DNA of 64,000 nucleotides from Paraspadella gotoi (GCA_051294375.1 CM119269.1:20503976-20567975); one strand, 5' to 3'; numbered from the stretch's first letter, positions 11,101-26,100 are shown. Made by a program: numbers and translations. The notes: generated by a model not told the origin, from the letters alone.

Positions 11101-14100
11101 AAATAGGGAAGAGTTGGAAAATGTACAGGAAGATTGATAAGAGAAGATAAGGGATTTATAAAAGAATAAGGTGGACTGGTGGATAGGGTAAGGGTTGATT
11201 TGGTTAAAGGGATATTTAGTGGATGAGGAAGGAAAGAAAGAGAGAGAGAGAAGAGAGAGGAGAGAGAGAGAGAGAGAGAGAGAAGAGAAGAGAGAGAGAG
11301 AGAGAGAAGAGATATTAGTGTCAGTTGGTGAAAGTATTGAAATAGAGTTAAAGTAAGAGGATCAGAAAGTTAAAGGAAAATTGAATAATATGATTAAATA
11401 ATTGATATAATAAATTGATATATATGATAATAGTAATTAGAGATTAATTAGAATTTAAGGAGTAGGATGTAATTAAATTAAGTAATAGTAGATATGTTAA
11501 TAAGGGAAAGTATGAATGGGGAGTAAAAAGAAGGGGATTGTAGGAAGAGAAGAATAGGGTTTAGATAAATATAATTGGAGAGAGGGAGAAGAGGGGAGAG
11601 GAGAAAGAGGAGGGAAAGGATGGAAGAGTGGAGAATGGAGAGTGGAAAAAAGATGAAAGATGGATGGAGAGAGAGAGGAGAGAGAAAGAGGAGAGGAGAA
11701 GAGAGAGGAGAGAGAGAAGAGAGAGAGAGAGAGGAGACGAGAGAGAAGAGAGAGGAATGGAGATTAATGAAAGAAAAGGTAGAGAATAGAGAATAAGAGC
11801 ATGGAAGATGAAGAACTCATCGAAAAGGATTATTTCGGTCTCCAATACAACGACCCTTCCTCTTCCTCCTCCTCCTCTTCCTCCTCCGCCTGCCGTCGCT
11901 GGCTCGACCCGGCCAAGACCCTCAAGAAGCAGATCCGGGCCTCGCCCCCTTACGTCTTCCACTTCCGGGTCAAATTCTACGTCATCGATCCGTCCAAGCT
12001 GCAGGAGGAGTACACGCGGTACCACTTTTTCCTCCAGCTGCGGCGGGACGTGGNNNNNNNNNNNNNNNNNNNNNNNNNNNNNNNNNNNNNNNNNNNNNNN
12101 NNNNNNNNNNNNNNNNNNNNNNNNNNNNNNNNNNNNNNNNNNNNNNNNNNNNNNNNNNNNNNNNNNNNNNNNNNNNNNNNNNNNNNNNNNNNNNNNNNNN
12201 NNNNNNNNNNNNNNNNNNNNNNNNNNNNNNNNNNNNNNNNNNNNNNNNNNNNNNNNNNNNNNNNNNNNNNNNNNNNNNNNNNNNNNNNNNNNNNNNNNNN
12301 NNNNNNNNNNNNNNNTCGTCACCCGGTGTCTCATTGAGTAATACCATCTGCTCATGACCAATAAGTACCAATATCGATCTCCAATGGTCCCAAACCTGCG
12401 GGAAGCGTGAGGATGGCCGTAAACTTCTGGAAAACCCTTAAGTCTGATTCCAAGGACCAATTCCATGGCTGCTTGATAGTCCTGGTGGCGGATACCACCC
12501 TTCAGCTCCTTATTCAACGGCACAGGTTTGCCAAATAGATAACCATTAATTCCATTTAATGCAGTTATTGTGGATATGGAATTTCCACAATAACTCTATT
12601 TAAATTAATAATATTACCTATTTCTCAAACTGTTCCACAAATAAAATTCCATATCACACAATAACTCATTAAATGAATTAATTTATTACCTATTCAAACA
12701 TCTCCAAAATAAAATTCCATATCCCACAATAACTCTTAAATAATTAATTATTAACCTATTTCAACATTCCAAATAAATTCCATATCCACAATAACTCATT
12801 AAATAAATTTAATATTACCTATTTCAAACATTCCAATAAAATCCATATCACAATAACTCATTAAATAATTAATATTACCTATTTCAAACATTCCCAAATT
12901 AAAATTCCATATCCACAATAACTCATAAAATAATTATTATTACCTATTCAAACATTCCAAATAAAAATTCCATATCACGAATAACTTCAATTAAATAATA
13001 AATATTACCTATTTCAACATTCCAATAAAATCCATATCCACAGATAACTCATTAAATTTAAATTATATTACCTATTTCATAACATTCCAAATAAATGTCC
13101 ATATTCCACGAATAAACTCATTAATAATTAATATACTATTTGTCAAACTTTGCCGAGTTCCAACATAAATTCCAATATCCACAATAACTTCATTAAATAA
13201 TTAATATTACCTTTTATCAAACATTCCAATAAAATTCCATATCCACAATAACTCATTAAATAATTAATATATAACTATCAAACATTCCAAATAAAATTCC
13301 AATATCACAATAACTCATTAAATAATTATCATTACCTATCAACTCTTTTTCCAAATAAATTCCATATCCACCAATAACTCTCTATTAAATAAATTAATAT
13401 TTACCTATTAAAACTTGGTGATCTCTTTTCCAAAATAAAATCCATTCCACGAATAACTCTTAAATAATTAATGATTACCTATTCAAACATTCCAAATAAA
13501 TTCCAGTATCCCAATAACTCCGATTAAATTAATTAATTTATCTATTTTCCAAACCTCCTTATAATATCTGCAATTTTTATCCTCCACCATACTATCATAC
13601 CATAATTCTTCTAATCATACTTAATTCCAATTTTACTGTTCTTCCTCACCTTCCCATCATTATACCCATTAACATATTACTTATTCATATCATATTATTA
13701 CTCAATATACACCTTTTTACTACTAATTTATACATCTATATATAACCTAATCATATTACTCACACTTCTCCTCAACATTAAACTACTTCCCTCCATTTAC
13801 ATTGCTCCCCACCCCCCCCCATCTAACCTCCCTATCTCCTCCTCCTCAAAATCTCCCAACTCTCTCTCCTACACTATCCATCATCTCTCCCTTTCTCCAT
13901 TCAACCTCCCATTATCACTTCCCCCATCTAAAAATTGGGGGCGGTGGGGGGGGGGTGGTGGGGGGTAGTGGCGTCTGGGTGGTAGCGCGTCGTGGTGCCT
14001 GGCAGGCGTGGTGGTAACTGGGGAGTGTGCGGTGAGTGTGGAGGCGTGTAAGAGTGTGTATCTCCTAAAATGACTTTATATAGATGGGTCTACTCTCCTA

Positions 14101-17100
14101 TTCTGCTTCTTGATGGCCTCTATCCATCTACTGGTGGCGGTGGGGGGGGTGCTGTGGGTGGAGGAGTCAAGGTGGGGATAAGAGAATATAATTTCTTATT
14201 TATTACCTAAATATCCTTTTCTATATTTCTAAAACTAATACCTATTCTATAATTTATACCCTTTTATAAAGCTTCTATCTTTATGGGGGGGGAGGTGGGT
14301 GGTTATATTAAATTCATTGTAGATAAATAATTATGATATACATATATCATAATCTATGATATTATAATTATCATATAGACATAAATATAATATCAATTAT
14401 TATATTTTTATAATAATACTTTAATACAAAATTAAATAATAAAAAAAATTAATCCAAATATCTAATATTTTTTCACTCCTTTTTTTTCCAAAAACAAAAA
14501 AAAGCACACAAAAAAAAAAAACAAAACATAACCAAAACTTATTAATACTACTATTTTTTCTCATATCTCTAACGCTTAAAATACAAACATACAATAATCC
14601 TTAATATTCATCTTTATCCTTTAACCTTTACTCTTTACTTCTGTACTCTTATTACTAAATTCCTTACTTCCACCTTTCTTTCCTCTTCCTCCTTTACTCT
14701 AAAACATTTCCTTCCTCCCATTTTTTCCTTTTAATCTACATAATATCTGTATACATCTCAATACTACTCTTCCTTTCTCCTTATGTTATCTAATAAAAAC
14801 CCCTAATCATTATTTCAACAAAATTCATTTACAAATATACTTTCTAAAAATTAAAAAAATTTAAAAAAATACAATTTAATACAAATACACAATCTCATAA
14901 AAAATTAATTAAATAATTAAAATTTAAATAAAATTATTTTCACAGTTAATATATATCTTCAACATTTTATAAACTATAAAATAAATTACATAAATATTAA
15001 TAAACCATCTTAAAACTCAATTTTCATTTTCTTAACTACTATTTTATTAATACTTTATTAAATCCTTCTATTTCTTTCATCTTTCTCTTACATTTCAGTT
15101 ACATCATTTTTTTCCAAACAAACATTCTCATCATAATTTCGGGCCCAAATTTATCCATCCATATAACTACTCTCTACCCACTAACTCCTTCCACTATACC
15201 TTTCAAATTTCACTCAACTCAAACTTCTCCCATTTCTTCCTAAAAATTACTATTTTCATTATCTACTTACTACTTATTTTCTATCCAATTCTACTCACTA
15301 ACGTTTATTCTTTTTACAAAAATATTATCAAATAAATAAAGTGAGCTCTCTTTACATCAATCTAATAATTTATTACCCGCTTATTCTATTTTTTTTTTTT
15401 TTTAAATTCAATTCAACTTTTTTTTTTACAATATTAAAATAAAAATATAATATTTCCTCACTTCTCTCATCCCCCTCTTTTTCACTTTACTTCCCATATA
15501 AATTTAGCCAAATTAATTTTTATATTTTTAAATTTTTTCCTCACTCCTCACTTATTAAAAAAATTAACTATATACAGTATAAAAAACATTTAATCACAAA
15601 TATCGAAATTTCTTATATATATATATATAATATTTAAAAATTAAAACTTATTTCATTTTTATTTATATGTATCAAAAATAGTTTTTTATAATATTAAAAA
15701 AATATTGTTCTATCATTTATTAAAAAAAAAAAACCAAAAAACAAAACAAACAAAAATCTTTATAAAAATAATAAATACTATATAAAAATTCACAAATAAT
15801 TTACTAAAAAAATAACCTAAAAAAGACAAAAACCCTTCCCATAAACAATCTCTTTCAAACAAGAAACTCTCTATCCACCAAATAAGAACCACCCATGCGC
15901 CACACATTATAACAGCAATAGATCATTAGATATACTCAATTCCAATCATCCGACCTAAACTACCAAACAAATAGCAGAAAGCTGTACTTAACCAAATATA
16001 TCTTACAAACTAAATGACACTATGATTATAAAGAAAAAAGATCTGATACAACGAGAAAACTCTGAAACAAAGACAAGCACGTTGAAAAACTAGAAACAAA
16101 CCAAATGCAATCTTAAATAAATCACCAAGAAAAAACAGTAAAAGATAAAGACAAATCAGGGAAAAGAAACACAACAAAGGCACATAAGAAAACAGCGCAA
16201 AATATCAGAAAACACAAAGATGATAACAACCATTAAAAAAAAAGAAAGCCACCCCACCAGGAAAAATCCAAGAGTTCAATAAATAAATCTGGTATTAATG
16301 TGGCTCATAAACTAAAGATGCTTACATCTCGACCAACGCCAATCGCAGCCGATATTAGGCACAGTTCTCAACCGCGCCAACAGAAACTTGCAACAAAGCG
16401 GGAAATATCAATCAGGTAATACTCCCAACCGAATCACACGAACTCAAGTGACACAGGATATCATATACCGGACGCCCCTAGACACCCAGCCAACATGCAA
16501 GAGCACAACCTCCAAACAAAAAACCACAAGCTCAAAACAGAAACGATCTACAAAAAGCATATCAAATAGAAGTTTACATAACCTCACTCGGCTACCTCAC
16601 CTTAAAAGAAAATTTAAGAACTCACAATTATCATATCCAAAGCCCACCAAAAAACAAGACTTCAACATAAGCAAAACTAAGGGATGCGGTGGAGCAAAGC
16701 GCGGAAGAGCGGAAAGAACAGGCCTCCCCTATATACAAAAATAGACGGGTAGGACTACGGGACTCTACCAGGAGGAATGAAACACCGACTTAGAACAGGT
16801 TCATACACAGACCAAAGGACCGGAAAAACCTCACTATAAATCCACGAGCGTCACATAACGACGATAACGCCGAAAAGCAAAGCAAGGGGTTCTGCCTGTC
16901 GTTACGGTATAATTCAGAGAGAAAGACAAAAGAGGAGGACAGAGGCCAACCCCCCAAGAAACGCACAATTAATTAAACATGTACATTCTAACCTCTAAGG
17001 CCAGACAAAACAAGAAGCGGTGGCTCGCTACTCAAAAACGTGACAAATCAATATGCCGGTAGCAGAGACGAAATAGAAAAGGTAACGACAACAGAAAGAG

Positions 17101-20100
17101 ACGACCAAGGTATCGGGCTCTAAGTTTCTCGGAACGCCCTAAGAGGCACAGAATGAGATCTACAGGCCGACGGAAGCAGAAAGCGTGGTGAAAGGACGCG
17201 CGCCGAGAGGGCAGAAAAGAAAGGCCGGAAAAAGACCGTAATGGTAATAACGTGAACATGTTACCAAACTTTTTTTTTTTCAAAGCACAATACGGAGAAT
17301 GCCGAAGTGAAATTGGTTCAACCGAGTATGCCGGCAACAACAGTGGATCGAGGCATAGTCGTCCACGTGCGTATAATGCCAGCAGAGACTGCGAAGCAGT
17401 CGTGCGAATGGTGTTCATTACTAGATTATACGCTAACGATGGACGTGCAATGAAGGATCGATGGCGCGGAAGCGCGAGACAAGAAAATAAGAAGAAAAAC
17501 GGCTGATGGAAAAGAAGTATGCGCGTGAGCGTCAGAGAGTGAGAGTGCACCATCGCGCGCTCGGTGGCGCCAGCATGCGTTCCGAGCAAATAGAAATGGC
17601 CGAAATGCGAATGCGATACAGAGAGAGGCAAAGGGAAAGACCCCGGGTGTAAACGTATTACATACTGCCGCGCTCAGTGCCGTCTAAAGAGCCGGTTCTG
17701 GCGCCCCATCCGCCGTCGAGGCGGACAGTGTGTTAAAAAAGGAGAATTCGGAAAAGCTACATACGACCGATTACGGAGTTACCATTGTCCTTGTCAAAAT
17801 ATTCACCAAAAACAATTGGTCCAGGTCCTAGGATCGCAGATAACTGGCATATGCGACGACAATCAACTGACGGTCTGTCTGCTGCCGCCCAAAGGACATA
17901 AACCGCGCGTCTGCGATAAGACGCCACGGGCCGTTTCGCGTGGCGAACCAGGTCACGGCGGACTGCTCCCCAAACATGGAACAGGCGCAGAAGAAAGCGA
18001 GTAAGGCGCGCCAAAATGGACACTGTGAGAAAATAGACGAAATAGGAAAGCCCCAGGCAAGGCAACGGGGAAAGATAAGTGGGGGGACGGAAGCGTGAAA
18101 TAGGAAGAAGAAACAAGTACCAAAAAAAGTGGAAAAGTGAAGGTTGAAAACCAGGCCTCATGAAAGCTAAAAAGAAAGAAAAAGGAGTCAGGACTCATAA
18201 GCCGTTCAATAATGGGGACCTTTAACAAGTGGGACATCCTCTATATAAAAAAAATATATACCAGACCAAAAAAGCACAACTCGCATATCTTTATCAGTGA
18301 TTGTTGGTGTAAGTACAGGGTCATACCTCCACAATATAAGGCGAAAAAGGGAAGATAAACCGAGCGAACTGGAAAGCGCATAAAAAGCGATGTATAAAAG
18401 ATACAATATGTGTGAATAATAAAAAATGGAAACCATTATCAGTTTTATCAATAGATGTGTCATACAATTGCGGCACCAGTTTCGTTTAGCAAGACGTACT
18501 TGAAAGTGTAAATATTCAATTGTCATGTAAGTCGTTTTAACTCAGGCCTCCTCATCCCGTTTATCCATTATCTATTTAGAATATGGCATTGTGTATGCAA
18601 ACCGGCCTGCCTAAATTCCTGTCGCGAGAAGGCACTGACCGAAATGGCCATCTCGAGATAGCACCTGAGCAATAGCACGGACATCGACGCTCGTACCCGA
18701 ACCCCTTTCCCGGCCCGTCCCAAAAGGCGCAGCTCTAGCGGAAGGTTTGCCGCTAAGTGCCTGCAACCTTCTCCTCAGTCAACCCGCACTTTTTATTAGT
18801 GCGAACTCCTTGTCCTAGAGTTGCTTCTTTCTACGCGCGAATGCGTACAACTCGCCGCCGGGAACGCCGAACGGTATTTAGGCCATTTTCATTAAGTCCT
18901 TCCCTTTGGTGGTCCCACAATAATATGCTCCGCACGCAGATGAACAAGTATACGTTGTTGCTCGTATTTCCACGATCACCAGTTCTCGTGGACGTCGGCA
19001 AGCCCCGGAAGTGCGAACACCGGGGGCGCCAAAGGCAGCGAAAGGTGAACGTAGACCTTAGATGAGCGCACAATACTAAAGATCTCCAATATCGCAGGCC
19101 TTTATTAGCTTATGCCCACATAACGAAGGAACGCCGGAAGATACCAAGCCGGACGGGGGGTGGCGCCGGGGCATGGGCCATCCGCTCGAATATATGACTC
19201 CGTCTGACAGGCAGTGACACTCTAATAAGGGCACGATGCTACTGCAAAAGGGCTTTTATGTACTTGTTCGTCGCTAGGCTCTTGTTTACCCGCGACCCAA
19301 AAGTGATGCAACTGCTCTTGCCACTTCGAGCAATTACATCGTCACGTCGTGTGTCCTCAAGGTTCTCCGGAGCATTAATAAACGTAAGCGGATTATAATA
19401 AAAATATAAATTAAATTAATAGATTGGAGAAGGGTCCGTCTCCGGGACAAGCAGCGTAAAGCGGAAAAGTGCTATGATTAATAATAATGATGACAAGATA
19501 ATATAGTCAGAGTTGGAAAATCAAAAAATTCATGTAGATATTAAAATAACATATATAATGAGAATACCCTTAGAAAATACCTCAAAATCGCTTCATAGTG
19601 CCTGTCTAGATTATTGCGTGGTTCGGAATATTACGGCGCGTCGTTATCTGCTCTTGCGGGTTCAAGTCGGCCTCACTCGCCACGCGGATTATGTGCCATC
19701 TCTAGTTCAAGGCAACAACGTAAGTTGGAGCGGCGCGGCAGATCTCAACCTTCCACATCCATCGGCCTACGGTTATGTTCGTGCTCGTCAACCGCGCAGC
19801 GCAGCACACGGCGGCCAACTGAGCGTGCGGAGAACCGTAATTAGACCGTCCCGACAATCACAAGACACGGAACCGACGATATATGACACCGCTGGACAAT
19901 ACAGCCACACTGGATGGCCCGTGCCCAGGTTCATCCCCACCGACCTTTTACGGAAATATGCCTGACTTAGAGCGCAGGACCACGAACATAAGGTCGATAG
20001 CGTCCTTGTGGGCGCAAAACAACCCTGCGTTGCGAAGTTTATCTGCTTGCGGGTGCTTCTCGTGTCGCACCCAACGGGCTCACACGCGTCGAAAAGCTGT

Positions 20101-23100
20101 TGATGTCACCAGCACTCGTACTAGGGCGCGTGGTGTCCGTCCCGGGAGGGTCTTGCGGGGCAAAAAAAGGTGCGTGAAAAAAAATAGCGCACGCCACAAG
20201 AAAAATCTAAAGCATTTCGGACCCAAGTTATTGAGAACAGTACCGACTAAAATTACTTCACACTAGATGAAAACTGCTCATGATCACTCGCTTCTTGCGC
20301 GTGCCTTGTGAACCGCGTCAGAATGCAAGTCACCACTGACGCTCTAGATGGCGATTACACAAATAATAAATATATCTGAAAATAGAGACGATAAAAGACA
20401 TGACCCGAAAAAAAGACGGGTATTAACAAAACTTGACTCGGATTAGAGCCCACACTAGAAAAAAGTATTAGCCCGTAACGCGGGAACAAGCTTATATGTG
20501 GCGCGCAGTGTCGCTGCAGGTCAACACAAGGGAGTAATAACGCCTCGACAACGAGATGAAAGTACCCATAACAAAGGGGCTAGCGGAGTAAAAGATACTA
20601 CATCCACGTGCAACTATGGAGAAAGGTCGAGCGTGAGTTGCGGACGACGCCGTACGTCAATCAACCCTCAGTGGGGCGTGAAAAAATCGAATATACACTC
20701 TAAGAAGCGTATCAATGAAAAGAGCAGAGACCAAGATTGAGACTAATATATCCTTACGAACCGTGCGTAGCAAGCCAACAGGGAAAGGACGCCTGCAGTC
20801 TTCCGCGTAAACCCAATACCTCTCAAGCTCTCTGTTAGCGCCGGATAATCTACCCAGGAAGGGAGCGTGTGGAGAGAAGAGACAGCAGCACGAGCCAACG
20901 ACAGCTCTGCAACGATGACAAGACCAAGAGACGTCCCGGGGGCTAGCGACGAGGGGAAGCGCAAAAAGAGAAGTAGACAACAATCACCGTCAACCAGCAC
21001 AATAATGAAACCAGATACGGACTGCCAAGTGATCATATATGATTCACGAGGGTATACTCCGCTCGCCGTCCATCTATAGGTGTGCGTCGCGTTAGAAACA
21101 TGTGGCGTCGCCCATCACGAGCGGATTGTGCTGCAGGTTATGAGCTGCCACAACACACCTAGGTCTCAAGTCGCGGGTAGCGGATGCCGAGCTTGGACGA
21201 ACGGGTACAGTGGTTTCCTCGAGACAGACGACACCTGATAAGTCGGCTGCTTTATTTATACAGACTAAACAGCGCGGCAGAGGAAAGAGAAAAGGTAAAC
21301 AAGGATCTCCAAATCCGGTGCGTCGATGGTCACGGTATTTATTATTATATAACTTTCAATCCTTTGGTCACGTAGAGAGGAGCCTGTCGGTCGGAGTGCT
21401 CATATAAACGCTCTAAAATCACTCGAAGGAAAAGCCATGAATCGCACATAGTAGCACCCTCTCAGGGCAGGAAGCTGGGCGGCAGCGCAGTGCCGAAAGA
21501 AAACGGAACGGGATTAATGCACCGCTGGATGAAGATTGCAGCAGAAAAAGCCCGTAGAGAAAAGAGTAGCGGTAAATGAACCCAGAAACAACACGGACGT
21601 CTTAAAAACAAAAAGAGTTTCGAACATAAGAGTCCAAAGTCCGAACCCGAGATAACGGATCGAGAAAGGACCCAGAGAGACGCTCACGACGCATTAGCGA
21701 AACGCCCGAGAAAAATCGCAGGAGAGACCGGCCTGGTCAGTGCAAACGAACGCCGAACGCCTCACTTGCAAGTACGCGAAAAACTGAGGGCAACCAAAAA
21801 TGGCAGAGTAGAGAGATTTATAGGGAGCGTAGTTAATTATCGAATGAGCAACAGTAGTAATCGGCAACACCTGGGTCTCGTTGATGAACTAGCAATTCGA
21901 ACACCGTGTTGCGATTCTTTTACATGCGGTAGGTTCGTCTTGGTAGTGAGAAAATTGATCTCATGAGGGGAGGAGTTGATTAAGCAATGAGAGTTGAGCT
22001 GAGGGGGACGTAAAACAGTCAAACCGGTGCATCACGGCCGTGCCGCGCAGGAGCAACGTCAAGCAGCGTCCAAATCCCGAGCCCGTGTGCCCAGTAAGGG
22101 GGAGACGAGCGCTTAACCCGCCTGTTAACACGGGGGACAGCCGGAGCGAGCGCGGGGGCGAAGAGGTGAACGGGGCTCCACAACGCAGAACAAGGTAGGT
22201 TGCGCTGCAGGGGAAGATGGCGGAAAAGACGGAGTAAAAGATTAAGAAGCTAGGGAAGGGTGGGAAAAAAGGAGTGACGGTGAACGGTGCGCTGGAAGAT
22301 GGAAAAAAAGCGAATGTATGGTCAGACAATAGGCAAAAAGTGAAACGAGGAACGCGTAGAACGGAATGAGACTGATTAAACAAGACCGCACTGGAAAAGC
22401 GAGTAGGCTGCCTTACATAGGCACGCCCAAGGCCAGCCCTCCCGTCTAGGAAAATGCATGTCCTCCTCCGGCCCTTGAACAGTACCAGTCACCAGTCAAC
22501 CTGACACGCTCGTTCCGACACCCTCCCGTCCCAAATGAGTAAAACGCTCTCTCGTCCGAGCATCATGTTCGCGGCCCTCGTACAAGACTTGAACGGATAA
22601 AAGCAAAATGTAACTAAGCATAAAACAAGTGCGATCTCGGAATGACGTCACGAGGTGCGCATCACACGACCGTCCGCGAAGCGTTGTCGCACGCTGTCGG
22701 CTACAGACTCGCCTCCTCGGTACCCTGGAGCCACGGGCGGGTGACGGTTCCTTGCCGCGAAACAAACATGCGACAAGCGAACTTAAACGAGCGGAAAAGG
22801 GTGCGTGGGCGAAAAACTGAAACGTGCTGCAGCGTGCGAGTCTCTCTCTCTTCTCTCACTCCGTAGCCTCTGGGGAGCAGAGAACTATATTCTCTTTGAC
22901 AGTGTCCGGTGCATCGGTGCGAGAAAGAGTGGAACAACAAACCCAAGAGGGGCCAACGAGCCAAACGCCAAAGCGAGCCAGTCCAAACGCCAATGCCGTA
23001 TAAGGAGCGATCAATAGCCCTGGGGCAAGGCACACCAATATTAGGAAACGGGATATCTCGAGACGACAAAACAATGAAAAGAGATAAGCAGCTGAGCCTA

Positions 23101-26100
23101 AGTGTGAGAAAGAAGTTGACCGAGGTGCGCAACTGGCACAAGCACGCGTCAAAATGAATACAAAAATGCTCCAAAAAAAGTAGAAAGAAGGCGCGATAAG
23201 TAGGAGCCAAACCGGATGATTCAGAATAAAAATTAAAGAAACGACGAAAACGGAAGATAACGAACCACTAGTACCAGAGCAACAATTAATATAGCTTTTT
23301 TTCTTTCTGGAGGTTTCTTCTGTGGTGCCATTACGTGTACGTGTAAACTAACAGCGTCGTTCCGAACAGGCAAACAGTGTTCAATTTATGGAGACATAAG
23401 GTGCGTACACCGTGAACGACTCCAAACTTCTTTACGCAAAATATATAAAAAACAAATAAATTATCACGAGGGCTGTCAGTTTTAGTTCTGTGGTACGTAA
23501 CTCAATGGACATATGGTACAATCAAATGACTTGCAGGGTTGGCGTGCGAAAAAATATATATATAACAAACAGGACTTGGAAATTGAAAGAAAGTTCCATA
23601 GTACCACTGGGGATAGGCAACTGAAGCCATTGCAGAATCATGTCACGATAAACTGCCAACACCGGTGAAAGCTTAGCGAATATAAAAGGGAAGAGGAACG
23701 GATTTCACGAAAAAAAAGGTGGTAGTGCAGAGAACTCATAACCCCATATGGCAAACAAGATGCAATAAGCAGCAAGCGAAGAATGAATGGGAAGATACAA
23801 ACTCAACTGGGGATAGAAGCAAATGCACCTCGAACCGAAGGTTCACCAAAGACTTTTTAACCGTAACACGCGTGGCCGGCAGCGATGGGGTAAGATAGTG
23901 AGATCGAGAACAGGTGCAAGAAGGATGAAAAGAACCATAAACAAAAAAATACGTGGACTAAAAAACGGCACCTACAAATGTGGTAAATGCTGCGGCTACC
24001 ACAAGGGATACGAAAAGGAAAAACAGTGCCCCGCCACAGACTACCAAGTGAATCCGGGTAAAAGAAACCTGCCGCCAAAGGACATAATAGCAAGTTAATC
24101 GTACATGTAGCAAGCAAAGCGGTAAACAGCATGAGAGAAGAAAAGAAATACACTGCTTCTGTATGTACCATATGGCCTTCAGCTGAGAGTCGTGGGTTAT
24201 TTTGGCGAAGTTACATACCGAACAATCTATGCTCAAGGATGCGGACAGCAGCAGCAGAGAGCGCCGAAAACAAAATAGGTGGGAAAAGTTGTCAAACGAA
24301 ACTGGGGAAACGAGAGACAACACAGCGCAGCCCGGGAGACAACTAACCAGAAAAAAGGATGACGGGATCTGACAAGAGAAAGGAAAAGGGGGGGTGATAT
24401 AATTTATCGAGTGTGAGGTGAGGTGGAAACATTAATCTGAGGGAAGTGATAAAAACAAAGTGGGATCATTTTGTATAAACAAGGTGGAAAGTTCTGAAGG
24501 ACTTACGAAAGAAAAATGAAAAAAGCCAAAGCATGTGAAGGGAAAAGGACCATTACAACGAGGCTCGGAGTTAACAAGCCGGAAATGGAAAAGCAGACCT
24601 TTAAAGCGCCATGACAAATCATACAAGTGAGGCAAAGATAAAGAGAGAAAGACCTACTCAGTGAGCTATGAAAACAGAGAAGCCATGGGCCCAAGCACTT
24701 TGTGGCTAATTCATCCTCATTTTGTACTTGTGACTCAGTAAAGCAAGTATGTTGTCCATCAGACTAAAAAAGAAAGTTATCTAGCGCATTCTTGAGCAGG
24801 AGCCGTTCAGTATGGCCTGAATTAAAAAAAGAACAGACCTGTTGAGAATTCTTCGGTTAACGTAAAACATGAGTTGTTACACCACTTAGAGGTCATTTTG
24901 GTGGAAAAAAAAAGAATACGAAAGGAAAAGTGTAAACAGACCCTAAGTAGTACAGCTTAAGGTGAGACTATATCGAAAAGATAGAGAAGGAGGCGCACGA
25001 AGAACGACAGCGGGGAGCGCTGGGGAGTAGTCAAAGGAATGGGGACAAGGGGTGCGTTAGCCAAAGCAGAAGTGCCGGAGCATCGTTGAAGTTAAAAATG
25101 GATCGCAGGGGAAGAAATAAGAAGGCTCGAAGCGGTACAGAAGTGGGAATGCGATTAAGACAAAAATAACCAGCATGATGAAAAAGAAGTCACATGTAGA
25201 AAAACGCTGTGAAATGTCCTGGCTAGATATATATATATACGGAAAAAAAGGGTGAGAAAGTGAAAAAGTCTTGACTAACAGATTAACGGCCGAAATATAT
25301 GATGACGTGTTAGGAGAGAGGGGAAACGGGCACCGGAGTGGACAAAAAGGAGGCTCGAACACTGTGATGTGAGAGATAACTTATACAGTATTGACATAGG
25401 CAAACAAAGAACGGAATGTTGGGACGACGTTACGGATTATACTAAATCAGCGTAGCCCATGTGCAGGAATTGACGTGTTCAAATGACGTTTACTTATGGG
25501 CGCGTAAATAGCAAGTGTGACACCATGTAGCGAAGTAAAAAAAGCTGTTATGAAAAACTGGGGCTACAGCCATACAGATATGACTAGAGCTATGTGTAAC
25601 TTAAAGCTATACCGCGATGAAAGCGAGCAAGGGTGGGTTTCTAGGATCGGGAGATACGGTAGCCGCCTGGGTGAGTTACGAATAGCAGAATGGCATGAGC
25701 TAAGACACTTAGAAGTGCGGGCCAAACCACCCGAGACGGGCGAAGTCAAAAAGATGTGGAATAAGTAAATGGGGAACAAAACCGAGGAAAGAGGTGGGAA
25801 GTTCGACTGGTGTGGGAATTCCAGACGGGCGTTAGCATTGGCGCAGCCGAGACTCAACCACAAAAGGAACGGTGCCAGAGATGAGGAAGCCAAAAACACA
25901 AGAAGCAATTAAACTGGAAAATGAAAAGGGGAAAACGATGACGATTGTGCGTAAATGATGCGGAGTTGCAGAGATGCGAAAACGATAAGACACCCCCTGG
26001 GCAAATGCAGGAAAACATACCGTATAATGCCAGCTTATCGGGCCTCAAAAAGGCGCGCAAAGCGAGTGGTGTCCGCCGTGTGCCAACGAGCAGTTGAAAA

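Noticed and set aside
8747-11812. RIP/APOBEC/bisulfite-type hypermutated gene copy
   Set aside because: Cs are deleted or become A rather than T, with abundant indels.
11801-11812. ATG at 11801 as the start of the FERM protein
   Set aside because: It lies in the degraded read tail; the real N-terminus is in exons 5065 and 7955.
8747-14629. Foldback/large-TIR transposon carrying a captured FERM exon
   Set aside because: The arms are error-identical copies of a degraded read of this same locus; no TSD or transposase.
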